Below the pieces are notes generated by a model. That model saw nothing but the letters and a program-made list of their open reading frames with translations, was not told the origin of the DNA and did no database searches. 64,000 nt of DNA from Bacteroidota bacterium (GTDB lineage: Bacteria; Bacteroidota; Ignavibacteria; Kapaibacteriales; UBA2268): assembly GCA_024278075.1 (NCBI GenBank), contig JAJRTW010000129.1, positions 7,522 to 71,521 on the forward strand, given 5' to 3'. The position numbers and the translations under genes were made by a program. Positions 51,189 through 61,503 of this stretch are shown here, one piece after another (position 1 is the first letter of the stretch; the number at the start of each line of letters is the position of its first letter).

Positions 51189-52040
51189 TTGATATTTATT
51201 ACATATTTAGAGGCCGATATGAAGAAAAGCATAGTTTTACTAATGGCGGTTATCATAGTTGCCGTTTCACTCAATTCCTGTTCCGAAGATGACAGCCCTA
51301 CAAATGGCTCAATCGATATTGTAGATTATTTTCCGATGGAACAAAACTCATGGTGGAAATATGAAAACCACGTACTTGATACCGCCGATCAAAAACCCAT
51401 AGGCGATGCGGAATACGACTCCGTGGCCGTAACAAATGAGGACGTTGATAAATTAGGCAAAACGGCCTATGAATTTACAACATGGGACATTGTTGATGGC
51501 AAGGCTCAAGATCCGATTAAGGATTATTTCTACATGGAGGGGGATCAGCTATACGCCTTTTCGGATTTAATCAGCAGGCAATTGGACTTGGGGACTTCTT
51601 TGCCTATCCCAATTGAAATCGATGATCGATGGGTGAAAATTGCCGACCCGAATGAAGGTTCATGGGAAATATTTGAGCAGAAAATGGAGGGAGTTCCAAT
51701 CGACTTGGGCGTCCCGACTTCTTTTACCGGCGATTTCAAAATCACCGGAAATAAAAAAGAAACCGCTACCGATATAGCCGAAAACAATGTGACAACTCAA
51801 AGATATGAAATCCTGTTTGTCATTAAGGGTATTGCAGACGCTGGCGTGCTTGGAAGCTATGACCTTCTAATTGAAGCAAGATATAGCGTGTGGTTTGCCG
51901 AAGGAATTGGAATTGTCAAGACGGAATTAAAACCTTTTAAAGCTGTTATTAAACCTCCTATTGGAAATCCTATCGAAATGCCATTCGAAGGGGCTCAGTC
52001 TGTCCTTAAAGATCATAATGTCCCGCAGGCTGTGCAATAA
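51189..52040 (+). CDS. Hypothetical lipoprotein; its 3' end is part of a tandem duplication
   Basis: Lipobox LNSCSE. The C-terminal 60 aa are paralogous to the gene fragment at 52142-52384. Confidence 0.45.
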   Translation: MIFITYLEADMKKSIVLLMAVIIVAVSLNSCSEDDSPTNGSIDIVDYFPMEQNSWWKYENHVLDTADQKPIGDAEYDSVAVTNEDVDKLGKTAYEFTTWDIVDGKAQDPIKDYFYMEGDQLYAFSDLISRQLDLGTSLPIPIEIDDRWVKIADPNEGSWEIFEQKMEGVPIDLGVPTSFTGDFKITGNKKETATDIAENNVTTQRYEILFVIKGIADAGVLGSYDLLIEARYSVWFAEGIGIVKTELKPFKAVIKPPIGNPIEMPFEGAQSVLKDHNVPQAVQ

Positions 52041-52141
52041 TAGATATATAGCTAAGAGAAATATGTAATTGGCAGGGGTAATTCATTAATTGCCCCTATT
52101 ATTGCTATAGTGAAATCAGAGAAAACCCTCTAAATCTCCCT

Positions 52142-52384
52142 TTGAAAAGGGAGACTTTTAACCCCATTTACCAAGCGAGCTTGTTTCAAAGGGGGTGGTT
52201 CCGAAGGAACCGGGGGTTTCTAATTGAAGCCAGATATAGTGTTTGGTTTGTAGAAAATATTGGTATAGTAAAAACTCTACGGAAGCCGATTACTATTTCA
52301 GCGGCAGGTGAGACAGTGTCTACATTTCCTGGCGATCAATCAATTTTAATAGATCATAACGTTCCGGAGGAACCTTCTGAATAA
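52142..52384 (+). pseudogene. Silent duplicate of the C-terminal cassette of the 51189-52040 lipoprotein (gene fragment)
   Basis: ...LIEARYSVWFVENIGIVKT...IDHNVPEEPSE parallels ...LIEARYSVWFAEGIGIVKT...KDHNVPQAVQ. It lacks an N-terminal/signal region. Confidence 0.5.
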
Positions 52385-52783
52385 ATATTGTGCTAAGAGA
52401 AATATTTTTTGTAGGGGTAATTTGTGAATTGCCCCCATTATTGCTATAGTGAAATCAGAGAAAACCCTCTAAATCTCCCTTTGAAAAAGGGAGACTTTTA
52501 ACCCCATTTACCAAGCGAGCTTGTTTCAAAGGGGGTGGTTCCGAAGGAACCGGGGGTTTCTAATTGATTGGGATTCCCGCTCTACTGTCGCAATGACATA
52601 TTACAGTTGACACGCCGCTAATATATTAATCACGACAGTGAATGGAATACTATTATCCGCATGATCGAATTTTTCCCCGAGAGAAACAACCTGCCTTTTT
52701 AATTTCAATTTTTATTAATTTGAATAATTATCCCGTACATATTCGTTTAATAATTGATTTGACATTTTTTAATCCTCAATAAA

Positions 52784-54232
52784 ATGGCCGATAAAAAGAC
52801 TAAGCCCGGCGATCTCGAAGAAAACGAGAAATTGATTACCGATACGGACGAATCGTTTCGCGACCGTGTGTCGACCATCGGCACAAAGGGCAATCGCATC
52901 TGGGTCTATCCACGCAGGCCAAAAGGGAGTTTCCACCGCGCCCGCATTCTGGTGACGATTATTCTTTTGGCAGTCATGGCCGCCATCCCCTTCGTTAAGC
53001 TTAATGGCCATCCATGGGTGCTTCTGGACATAATGAACCGCAAATTCATCCTGTTCGGATATATATTCTGGCCACAGGACTTCCATATATTCGCTTTGGT
53101 TTTCCTTGGCCTTGCGGTTTTCGTTGTCCTGTTCACGGCAGTTTACGGGCGGATATGGTGCGGCTGGCTTTGCCCGCAGACGGTATTTATGGAGATGGTT
53201 TTCCGCAAAATAGAATATTGGATTGAAGGCGGGGCCAATAAACAAAAAGCTCTGAAAAAAGCACCCTGGACGGCCGGGAAAATATTCAAAAAGGGGCTGA
53301 AGCATTCGATTTTCTTTGCCTTATCATTCCTAATCGGCAATCTGCTGCTGGCATATTTAATCGGAATCGATGAATTGAGCAGCATTATCACCGACCCGCC
53401 GGCCCGGCATATTGGCGGACTGACGGCAATGACTTTATTCGCACTCACATTCTACGGCATTTTTGCCCGCTTTCGGGAGCAGGCCTGCATCTACGTCTGC
53501 CCCTATGGCAGGCTGCAATCAGTGCTGTTAGACAAGAACTCAATAGTCATTACTTATGATAACGTCCGGGGAGAGCCTCGGGAGACAATATCAAGAGATA
53601 AGGAAAATGAAACCGCCGGGGACTGCATTGATTGCGGATTATGCGTGCAGGTATGCCCCACCGGGATAGACATTCGCAACGGCACTCAGCTGGAATGCGT
53701 GAACTGCACTGCCTGCATCGACGCTTGCAACAGCGTGATGGCAAAGATTGCCCGCCCGAAAAATCTCATTAAATACGCTTCCGAGAGCCAAATATCAGAA
53801 GGCACCAAATTCAGATTCACGCCCCGGATTGCCATTTATACATCTGTTTTGATATTGCTTTTTGCGCTGGTTAGCATCATGATGATTTCACGCACTGAGG
53901 TGGAAACCAATATCTTAAGGGCTAAGGGAGCCATTTCGCAGGAACTTCCTAATGGAAATATTCGGAACCTATACACACTGAAAATAGTGAATAAGACATT
54001 CGATTTTCTGCCGATCGAGATTAAGATCAAAGATATTCCCGGCAGGATTGAATTAATCGCTATCGATTCGTTAGCGGTTAAGCCGAATGGAATTGCCGAG
54101 GCGGCCTTTTTCATTGAAATACCTATTAAATATGCCCGTCAACAAAAAAATGTAATTGAATTATATATTATGAGCGGCGAGCGGCAAATCGATATAGTCG
54201 AAACGGTTTTTTCAGGCCCGGTGAATTATTAG
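52784..54232 (+). CDS. ccoG: cbb3-type cytochrome oxidase accessory protein CcoG/FixG (4Fe-4S ferredoxin)
   Basis: RIWCGWLCPQ motif. Two CxxCxxCxxxCP clusters (CIDCGLCVQVCP; CVNCTACIDACN). Confidence 0.85.
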   Translation: MADKKTKPGDLEENEKLITDTDESFRDRVSTIGTKGNRIWVYPRRPKGSFHRARILVTIILLAVMAAIPFVKLNGHPWVLLDIMNRKFILFGYIFWPQDFHIFALVFLGLAVFVVLFTAVYGRIWCGWLCPQTVFMEMVFRKIEYWIEGGANKQKALKKAPWTAGKIFKKGLKHSIFFALSFLIGNLLLAYLIGIDELSSIITDPPARHIGGLTAMTLFALTFYGIFARFREQACIYVCPYGRLQSVLLDKNSIVITYDNVRGEPRETISRDKENETAGDCIDCGLCVQVCPTGIDIRNGTQLECVNCTACIDACNSVMAKIARPKNLIKYASESQISEGTKFRFTPRIAIYTSVLILLFALVSIMMISRTEVETNILRAKGAISQELPNGNIRNLYTLKIVNKTFDFLPIEIKIKDIPGRIELIAIDSLAVKPNGIAEAAFFIEIPIKYARQQKNVIELYIMSGERQIDIVETVFSGPVNY

Positions 54233-54325
54233 GCCTATTACTTCGGGTTGTTTTCTTAGTTATTTTGCCTCGGTGTGGCAATAGAAGAAGTCATAAAATA
54301 TATGTAGGATAATAACAAATATAAT

Positions 54326-54775
54326 ATGAAAATTAAGCTAAACTGGGGGTGGGCAATAGTCCTTTTTTTTATTTTGTTTATAACTGCATTGCTTTCCTTC
54401 GTCGTATTCACAACAACTGTTCATAACGATCTTGTGGCCGTTGATTATTACGAGCAGCAGATTACTTACCAGCAGCAAATCGATAAAGTCAAAAGAACGC
54501 AGAAGCTTGGCCGGCAATTGGCTGTGCGGCAGGGCAATGATTTTCTTGCTATAACATTCCCGGATACTTTCGCCGTGGATTCGATTGCCGGGAAAATCAT
54601 TTTCTTCCGGCCCGATGATGCAAAGAAAGATTTTACTATTGATATACTAACTGACTCGAACCTGAGGCAAGTGGTGTCGACCAAAGGCCTGCATCGCGGG
54701 CTGTGGAAATTAAGAATCGACTGGGCCGCCGGCGACAGTTTGTATTATAACGAAGAGCAAATTATACTTAGGTGA
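54326..54775 (+). CDS. FixH-like single-pass membrane protein
   Basis: About 150 aa with a single N-terminal TM, immediately after ccoG, as in ccoGH(IS) clusters. Confidence 0.5.
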   Translation: MKIKLNWGWAIVLFFILFITALLSFVVFTTTVHNDLVAVDYYEQQITYQQQIDKVKRTQKLGRQLAVRQGNDFLAITFPDTFAVDSIAGKIIFFRPDDAKKDFTIDILTDSNLRQVVSTKGLHRGLWKLRIDWAAGDSLYYNEEQIILR

Positions 54776-55486
54776 TTGCAATTGGATTTATTATCCGGAT
54801 TTATGATAGGGCTGCTTGGCAGTTTCCATTGCATTGGAATGTGCGGGCCAATAGTGTTATCGCTGCCTTTGGGCCAGCCCGGGGCTGCATCGCTGATAAT
54901 CCACAACGCTCTATATAATTTCGGACGGGTGTTGGCATACATGTTCCTCGGATTAATTGCCGGAGCAATCGGCCAGTCGATTTCCTTTGCCGGCTATCAG
55001 GAAGTATTGTCGGTTTCATTGGGGATACTTATCCTGTTATTATTATTTGCACCACGCAAAATAAAATCGTTATTTCTCGATATTCGACTAATTAAATCCG
55101 CATCAGAAAAATTCAGGTCATTTTTTGGAAGTAAATTAATTGCCACATCGAACACATCGATGCTTATAATTGGCGTGCTGAATGGATTTCTGCCCTGCGG
55201 ACTTGTCTATTTGGCCCTGGCCAACGCTGCTGTTTCGACAAGTGTTTATGGCTCTGCTGCGGTGATGTCCGCCTTTGGCCTTGGGACTATCCCTATGATG
55301 GCGGCAGCGTTTTTTCTTAAGAGGATTATCACTCCAAACTTAAAGCGGAAAATCAATAAATTTATTCCGATAGGAGTGGCGCTGATAGCCCTGCTGTTGA
55401 TTCTGCGCGGCCTGTCGCTTGGCATTCCGTTTATCAGCCCGATACTTCCCGATGCCGCCGGCGGTGCTATAATGGAGTGCCATTAA
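54776..55486 (+). CDS. DsbD_2 / UreH-like (sulfite-exporter TauE/SafE-annotated) polytopic membrane protein of the cbb3 maturation cluster
   Basis: GSFHCIGMCGP motif in TM1. 6 TM helices. Confidence 0.5.
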   Translation: MQLDLLSGFMIGLLGSFHCIGMCGPIVLSLPLGQPGAASLIIHNALYNFGRVLAYMFLGLIAGAIGQSISFAGYQEVLSVSLGILILLLLFAPRKIKSLFLDIRLIKSASEKFRSFFGSKLIATSNTSMLIIGVLNGFLPCGLVYLALANAAVSTSVYGSAAVMSAFGLGTIPMMAAAFFLKRIITPNLKRKINKFIPIGVALIALLLILRGLSLGIPFISPILPDAAGGAIMECH

Positions 55487-55671
55487 AGAGCTGTTGGGAT
55501 TGTATAGCAGTGAATTTGATCGACATTTTGACGAAGGGGCAGGTGGCCTGTCTATACTCTTATATTGGAACGGCTTGGAACAGTCCCCTGTGGATGGCTC
55601 GATTATAATTATTGGATAATAATTATTGAATTGAAACCACAGAACTAATATGCGGAATTATTCTATTCGGA

Positions 55672-55971
55672 TCAATCCTCCGAAATACTATCGAATCGAG
55701 CTTCATCATCAAAAGTATTTTCATTGGAATCACTACTGTCGGCATCGTCATCCGAATCATTTTCATCTGTTATGGTTTGAGTCTCTTTATTGATCTCGGT
55801 TACAACCTGCTGGGCCGAATCGAGGAACTGCCGGCATCTTTTGGCTACAAGCATACCTTCCTTATACTGCTCTAACAGCTTATCCAGCGGGAGTTCGCCT
55901 TCGTCGAGCGATGCAACAATTTGCTCAAGTATATTTATTTGTTCTTCGAATTTGAAATTATCATCTTTCAT
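55672..55971 (-). CDS. xseB: Exodeoxyribonuclease VII small subunit
   Basis: QINILEQIVASLDEGELPLDKLLEQYKEGMLVAKRC with an acidic tail. Confidence 0.8.
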   Translation of the reverse strand: MKDDNFKFEEQINILEQIVASLDEGELPLDKLLEQYKEGMLVAKRCRQFLDSAQQVVTEINKETQTITDENDSDDDADSSDSNENTFDDEARFDSISED

Positions 55972-56157
55972 ATTTATCTCATTTATTGTTAATTACCATT
56001 ACTTGTAAAATGCTTTAAAGGGCTGACAGACATCGGCCAACAGATTATTACGATTGCTCATTTATGAGTCATGCATGATTGCTGTGCTGTAGGCCTAACA
56101 CTTGTCTTTCCTTCAAGATACGACGTTCGTGAGTTGCAACCGAGATATTCGGGTTAA

Positions 56158-57360
56158 TTAGCCGAATAGCGATTTCGGCAATATTTTAATCACTCTTGCC
56201 TCGGCCGTTTCATCCTTTCTTCTGATTTCAATCCTCCGCATTTTCCCAAGCGAATCTTCATTGCTCAACACCCTGCCATTATGCAACAGCATGGCAAAGC
56301 CCTTGCCGAGCGGTGCCAGCGGATAGAGCGACCGGCAATGAGAATCAAGAGAATTAATCCGGGATTTTAAATTTGAAATATTATTATTTACGTTATTCTT
56401 ATTTCTTAATTCAAAATCATCGATCATTTGGTTATATAAATTGATTCTTTCGGTTAGCCGCCTGCTCAGGTTTTTGCTTGCCATAAAGTCAAAATGCTGC
56501 CGCAAGGTTTTCAGTTTCGTATTAATTAACCTATGCAACAACTCCCCGTAGGAAGCGAAGGCCTGATTCAATTCATCAATTGTCCTTGGCGTGGCAATCT
56601 CGGCCGCAGCAGTTGGTGTGGCCGCCCTTCGATCGGCAACGAAATCGGCAATAGTGAAATCCGACTCATGCCCCACGGCTGAAATTACCGGCAGGTTTGA
56701 ATTAAATATCGCATCGGCTACCGTCCGAGTATTGAAAGCCCACAGGTCTTCAATCGACCCGCCGCCTCGGCCAACGATTATAACTTCGGCGCCGGAGCCG
56801 TTCAACTCTTCTATCGCATCGGCAATATCGCGTTCCGACCCGTCGCCCTGGACGATTGCCGGCCGGGAATATACCTTAGCCACGGGGAATCGCCGCTCTA
56901 AAGTGCTGAAAATATCTTTTACGGCCGCACCGGTTGGCGAGGTGGCAACCCCGATTTTCATTGGCATAACCGGCAGTGGTTTCTTATTATCCTCATCGAA
57001 ATACCCGAGCTGGGCCAGCTCCTTTTTCAATTTTTCGAAGGCAAGGTAGAGGTCGCCGACGCCAAGCGGTGCCATCGAGCGGCAGTCTATCTGGTAATTG
57101 CCCCGCGGGGGGTATACCGTCAGGCTGCCATGAATTACCACCTTCATTCCGTCGGTTGGCAAGAATCCAAGCTGGCGGGTGCGCCACATAACACAGGAAA
57201 TTTGCGAGCCTTCGTCCTTCAGCGTGAAATACCTGTGCCCCGAGCTATGGGCTTTGAAGTTCGACAGCTCGCCCTGCACGGCAACGCTCCCGATATTGTC
57301 TTCCAGCTGATGTTTTATTTCCTGGGTTAATTCCGATACGGTTATTGCTTTTGTTTGCAT
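56158..57360 (-). CDS. xseA: Exodeoxyribonuclease VII large subunit
   Basis: N-terminal OB-fold (YFTLKDEGSQISCVMWR) and catalytic domain. Confidence 0.85.
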   Translation of the reverse strand: MQTKAITVSELTQEIKHQLEDNIGSVAVQGELSNFKAHSSGHRYFTLKDEGSQISCVMWRTRQLGFLPTDGMKVVIHGSLTVYPPRGNYQIDCRSMAPLGVGDLYLAFEKLKKELAQLGYFDEDNKKPLPVMPMKIGVATSPTGAAVKDIFSTLERRFPVAKVYSRPAIVQGDGSERDIADAIEELNGSGAEVIIVGRGGGSIEDLWAFNTRTVADAIFNSNLPVISAVGHESDFTIADFVADRRAATPTAAAEIATPRTIDELNQAFASYGELLHRLINTKLKTLRQHFDFMASKNLSRRLTERINLYNQMIDDFELRNKNNVNNNISNLKSRINSLDSHCRSLYPLAPLGKGFAMLLHNGRVLSNEDSLGKMRRIEIRRKDETAEARVIKILPKSLFG

Positions 57361-57410
57361 TGACGTTATTGGTGTAATAAATTATTTGAGTGTAATTAGG
57401 TTGTTATTTA

Positions 57411-57906
57411 TTGTCAAAAGTGCCGTCCTGATAATAAAGCGGCCAAATAGTAACAATCTCAGTAATAAGCCCCATTTTACCCTATATTGAGCTATTAAGG
57501 ATATATTTAGAAAATTGCGAAATATAATATTAAAGAGTGTCATACCGGACTTGTTGATCCCAATGAAATCCCGCATTGGGAAGTAATCCCGCTATCGTGG
57601 ATCCGTTATTCGAATTAAATCAAAACCCCCGGCATCTTCGGAACAATAGTTCCTTCGAAGCCATCCCCTTTGAAAAATGGGGTTTAAGAATCAAAGTCTC
57701 CCTTTCTCAAAGGGAGATTTAGAGGGTTTTCTTATTTTGCTGTGGCATCATAGCTTCATTTCCTTCTGCCTAACACTGTATTCCCGCAGAAGTTTATCCT
57801 GAGTCCTTCGACTTCGTTCAGGATAGACTGTCGAAGGGCGGGAATGACACGTGAAAGCTATTAAGGATATATTTAGAAAGACACTAATTTTATTCCCGGA
57901 CACTGC
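57411..57906. mobile_element. Large (~500 bp) MITE-like composite element carrying extra CCCCTTTGAAAAATGGGG / TCTCCCTTTCTCAAAGGGAGA hairpin modules
   Basis: Degenerate left TIR, right TIR TTTTATTCCCGGACACTGC. Inner GTCATACCGGACTTG…GGGAATGACACGTGAAAG. It shares the CTCCCTTTGAAAAGGGAGA module with 52130-52560. Confidence 0.55.
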
Positions 57907-58104
57907 TTATTTATCTTAATCACTGTGAAATTATGCTCAAAATCAAAATTAATAAATATTTCATTGATATTATTATCTTAAATATAATTATTCTTCGTCA
58001 TTTTCTTAGTTTTTTGTTATTATGAATATTGTTAATATGGATATTTTGTTTTTCAATAATTATTTTAATCTATCTATTTACCATAATTACTAATACTATT
58101 TATT

Positions 58105-58581
58105 ATGATTGGTTTTGGTTACGATACGCACCGCCTTGCCAGTGGTGAAATTTTAATATTAGGCGGGATAATAATCGACTCCGACATTGGCACCACAGCC
58201 AATAGCGATGGGGATGTACTGCTGCATTCAATCATGGACTCGCTGCTTGGCGCTGCCGGCCTTGGCGACATCGGCGAGCATTTCCCCGACACCGGCCCGG
58301 ATTATAAAAATGCTGACAGCGCAGAATTGACTAAAATTGTTGTGAAGATGCTGTTGGATAGATCACTAACCATAATAAATGTGGATGCCACTATCGTGCT
58401 TGAAAGGCCAAAATTAAGTGGGTATAAAGAAATGATACGAAAAAATACGGCATCGATTCTGGACATTCCCGTTGGCAGAGTGAACATAAAGGCAACAACG
58501 AATGAAAAAATGGGGCCGGAAGGCCGCAGCGAAAGCATTACCGTTTACAGTGTTTGTGAAATTCAGGATAAGTCAGCATAA
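58105..58581 (+). CDS. ispF: 2-C-methyl-D-erythritol 2,4-cyclodiphosphate synthase
   Basis: MIGFGYDTHRL...GHSDGDVLLHSI...GDIGEHFPDT. Confidence 0.9.
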   Translation: MIGFGYDTHRLASGEILILGGIIIDSDIGTTANSDGDVLLHSIMDSLLGAAGLGDIGEHFPDTGPDYKNADSAELTKIVVKMLLDRSLTIINVDATIVLERPKLSGYKEMIRKNTASILDIPVGRVNIKATTNEKMGPEGRSESITVYSVCEIQDKSA

Positions 58582-58582
58582 G

Positions 58583-60886
58583 ATGTTTTGTTATTGCAAG
58601 ATTATATATCTGATAATAATAGCTTTATTTGGCTTGATCCTGCTCATGCCGGTTTCCGCCGGCGATACCTACCCATATTCATTCCATTCGGCCGAGAATC
58701 ACGATGGCGGGGATATCTTTGTGCTAAAAGATTCAACCTCTGATGCTCCCGTTATCGTATTCATTAAGCCGAATTGGGGCGATGAAACCGAATATTTCTA
58801 TACCTGGAATGGCTACGACAGGGAAAATGCGATTTGCATCTCGTTGCCAAATGCCGAAATATTGAACGCAAAATCTTTCGGGAATCATATAAATATTTTA
58901 TGGAAAAGCAGCGGTGAGTTGTTCGCAAGCCAGCTTAATGATTCGCTCGACCTTAGGAATACGTTGAAAATTGAACTGGTTATTGGCCCCTATGCAGACA
59001 TAAACTCGGAATGGATTGGCGAACTAAGCGGCGGCAGGAAACTATTGCTGCTGAATTCTTCATTGGTATTAATCGGGGAAACATCGTTCGAAGTGATTGA
59101 TAATGATGTCCGGGCTGCCGCCATCAATGCCGAAAGTACGGCCAAAAGCAACTCCGAAAGAATCTTCGAATTTGCCTATCTGAAAAGCTATGAAACAACT
59201 TCAGTTCTTTATATTTACGATTCATTTTCTACTAAAATTGAAGTTGAAAGGTTAGAAAAGAACGACAAAATGTTCCTGAAGTCCATAGATGGGGAAATTG
59301 CAGTCATATCGGAATATTTGTCGGAATCACTTATACAATTAATAGACGTTGAGGAGCGGGTTGTAACCCCTATGTGGGCCGGCGCCAAGGGAGCGTTGCT
59401 CGAGATAGTCAAAACCCGTGATGGAATTGATGCCGTTTTTCTGGCTGCCCGGGGCAAAGGATATGCCCTGTATATTGAACCGCTGGATGGTAGCCCGGCC
59501 GAAGGTAGGCTTGCAACAGGTGAATCAACGCCCGGCGGTGGTATAATTCTTCAACTGCCCTACGAACTGATGGACCCAATCGGCCTGTTTGTAGATTCCG
59601 GAGTTATTTTCTTATTATTCAGAAACGGCATTGCCTCGGCGGATTTCGAGGGCGAAATTCTATCTGTTGACTTTATTCAGTTCGGGCAGAGTTTTAATTC
59701 AATCCCGCGGCTGGTTTTCGGGGATAATACGCTGGTGCTGTCGTCGACGGACTTCTCGCAAATACTAATAAGGTCGGACAATGAGTACTGGTATATATAT
59801 CGCTTTCTGCAAAAAACGGGGGATTATCTTTTCCCGTCGATAGCAATTATTATTATCCTAATCCTTATCCAGATGTACAGGCACCAGAAGCGTATATTGC
59901 GTACTATTTTAGAGATGCCCACGGCCGGAGTGGTTTTCGTAGTCGACAAATCCGGGCATCTGAAAAAAACCAACGGCCCGGGCAAAGACATACTCGGGAT
60001 TAATGAAAGCATACCAATGGGACGGCAATTTCATTTCTATTGCTCGCGCAGCCGCACCCAGCCGCTGATGGAAATCATCGAAAAGGGCATGAGGCTGAAA
60101 GAATCATTCAACCAAAAGCTGAATATTATCCACAATGGCGAATCGAAAGAGTGGTTCTGCACGATAATCGTATTGATGAACATTACCGGGAATTTCCGCG
60201 GGCTGGTGTTCACCGGCATAGACATAACCGAAGAACTGGAGCGCAAGCGTTTGTCGAACTGGGCCCAGCTGGCCCACGATATGCAAACAAATCTGTCGAC
60301 AATCCGTCTGAACGCCGAGAAACTTGAGGTGGAACCCGGCGGTAATGACCATAAAAGGCGGAAGAAAATTATCCACCAGGTGAACCTGCTGATTCACCGC
60401 GTAAGGGATATTGTTACCGTTGGGCGGAGCGACAGGTTGGATAAGGAGGTGGTACTTGCCGGCGAAATTTGCATCGAGGCAAGAAATGAATTCGACGACG
60501 AGATGTTCCCGAATGTTGAGTTTATTATCAACATTAATAATTTTCAGGTTGAATGCGACAAGCAGAAGATAATCCGGGCTATACGCAATGCCGTGGAGAA
60601 CGGCATCGGGGCCTTGCAGGAAAAGCAGGGGAGCATTACTATCTCGTGCAGTAAAGATACGAGGAATGCTTATTTTTCTATAAAAGATTCCGGTGTCGGG
60701 TTGGATTCCGAATCAAGAAAGAAGATGCTTGTGCCGTATTATTCAACATCAAGAAGCCGCGGCGGCACTGGCATTGGCACGATGATTATGCAGCATGTGG
60801 CCGAGCTTCACGGCGGCGACATTATCATCAACTCGGAACCGGGCAAAGGGACTGAAATTATTTTCAAAATTCCCAACCGGATTTAG
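58583..60886 (+). CDS. Sensor histidine kinase with large periplasmic N-terminal domain
   Basis: Start at M28 of the six-frame ORF, just after the ispF stop. Signal/TM, internal TM, H-box region and HATPase_c (GGTGIGTMIMQHVAELHGGDIIINSEPGKGTEIIF). Confidence 0.7.
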   Translation: MFCYCKIIYLIIIALFGLILLMPVSAGDTYPYSFHSAENHDGGDIFVLKDSTSDAPVIVFIKPNWGDETEYFYTWNGYDRENAICISLPNAEILNAKSFGNHINILWKSSGELFASQLNDSLDLRNTLKIELVIGPYADINSEWIGELSGGRKLLLLNSSLVLIGETSFEVIDNDVRAAAINAESTAKSNSERIFEFAYLKSYETTSVLYIYDSFSTKIEVERLEKNDKMFLKSIDGEIAVISEYLSESLIQLIDVEERVVTPMWAGAKGALLEIVKTRDGIDAVFLAARGKGYALYIEPLDGSPAEGRLATGESTPGGGIILQLPYELMDPIGLFVDSGVIFLLFRNGIASADFEGEILSVDFIQFGQSFNSIPRLVFGDNTLVLSSTDFSQILIRSDNEYWYIYRFLQKTGDYLFPSIAIIIILILIQMYRHQKRILRTILEMPTAGVVFVVDKSGHLKKTNGPGKDILGINESIPMGRQFHFYCSRSRTQPLMEIIEKGMRLKESFNQKLNIIHNGESKEWFCTIIVLMNITGNFRGLVFTGIDITEELERKRLSNWAQLAHDMQTNLSTIRLNAEKLEVEPGGNDHKRRKKIIHQVNLLIHRVRDIVTVGRSDRLDKEVVLAGEICIEARNEFDDEMFPNVEFIININNFQVECDKQKIIRAIRNAVENGIGALQEKQGSITISCSKDTRNAYFSIKDSGVGLDSESRKKMLVPYYSTSRSRGGTGIGTMIMQHVAELHGGDIIINSEPGKGTEIIFKIPNRI

Positions 60887-61026
60887 CAGGCTCTTTTTGC
60901 CAACTCCTTCCCATATCGGAATTTGGAAATTAGATAAGGCCAAAGGATAAATAGCCCCGTGCTTTAGCTCGTGGGAAAAGGAAGACATAAAATATTTTAC
61001 CTCTCCGGAGGAAAGCCACCGCATCA

Positions 61027-61503
61027 ATGGGAACAATGAACATCGAACGGGAAAATATTATTAAAATCATCAAAGGCAAGAGGATTGCCGGGGTTGATTA
61101 CGGCAGGAAAAGGGTAGGCCTGGCCGTAAGCGACGAATTGCATGTGACGGTTTCGCCGCGGAAAGCATTGATTTTTGATTGTAATGATTTTATGGAGCAG
61201 TTGATTGCTTTTCTTAACAATGAGAATATCGGTGCAATTGTTGTTGGTGTGCCCTACGGGGCTGGCAGCAAAAGCACTGAAATAATTAATGAATGCAAGG
61301 AATTAATTAAGGATTTGAGAACTAAATCGGAACTGCCCGTGTTCGAGCAGGATGAATCTTTTTCATCTAAGGAAGCAGTCAGTACTATGATTAATATCGG
61401 CAGGAAAAGGAAATACCGCAGAGAAAAAGGGAATATTGATTCGATTGCAGCTTCGATTATTTTACGCGATTTTTTAAATGAAAATGAGGGCTATTCGCTA
61501 TGA
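61027..61503 (+). CDS. ruvX: Holliday-junction resolvase-like RuvX/YqgF
   Basis: RIAGVDYGRKRVGLAVSD. Confidence 0.85.
   Translation: MGTMNIERENIIKIIKGKRIAGVDYGRKRVGLAVSDELHVTVSPRKALIFDCNDFMEQLIAFLNNENIGAIVVGVPYGAGSKSTEIINECKELIKDLRTKSELPVFEQDESFSSKEAVSTMINIGRKRKYRREKGNIDSIAASIILRDFLNENEGYSL

Noticed and set aside
51855-52565. Diversity-generating retroelement (TR/VR pair)
   Set aside because: There is no reverse transcriptase nearby. Substitutions between the copies are not adenine-specific, and divergence extends through the whole tail.
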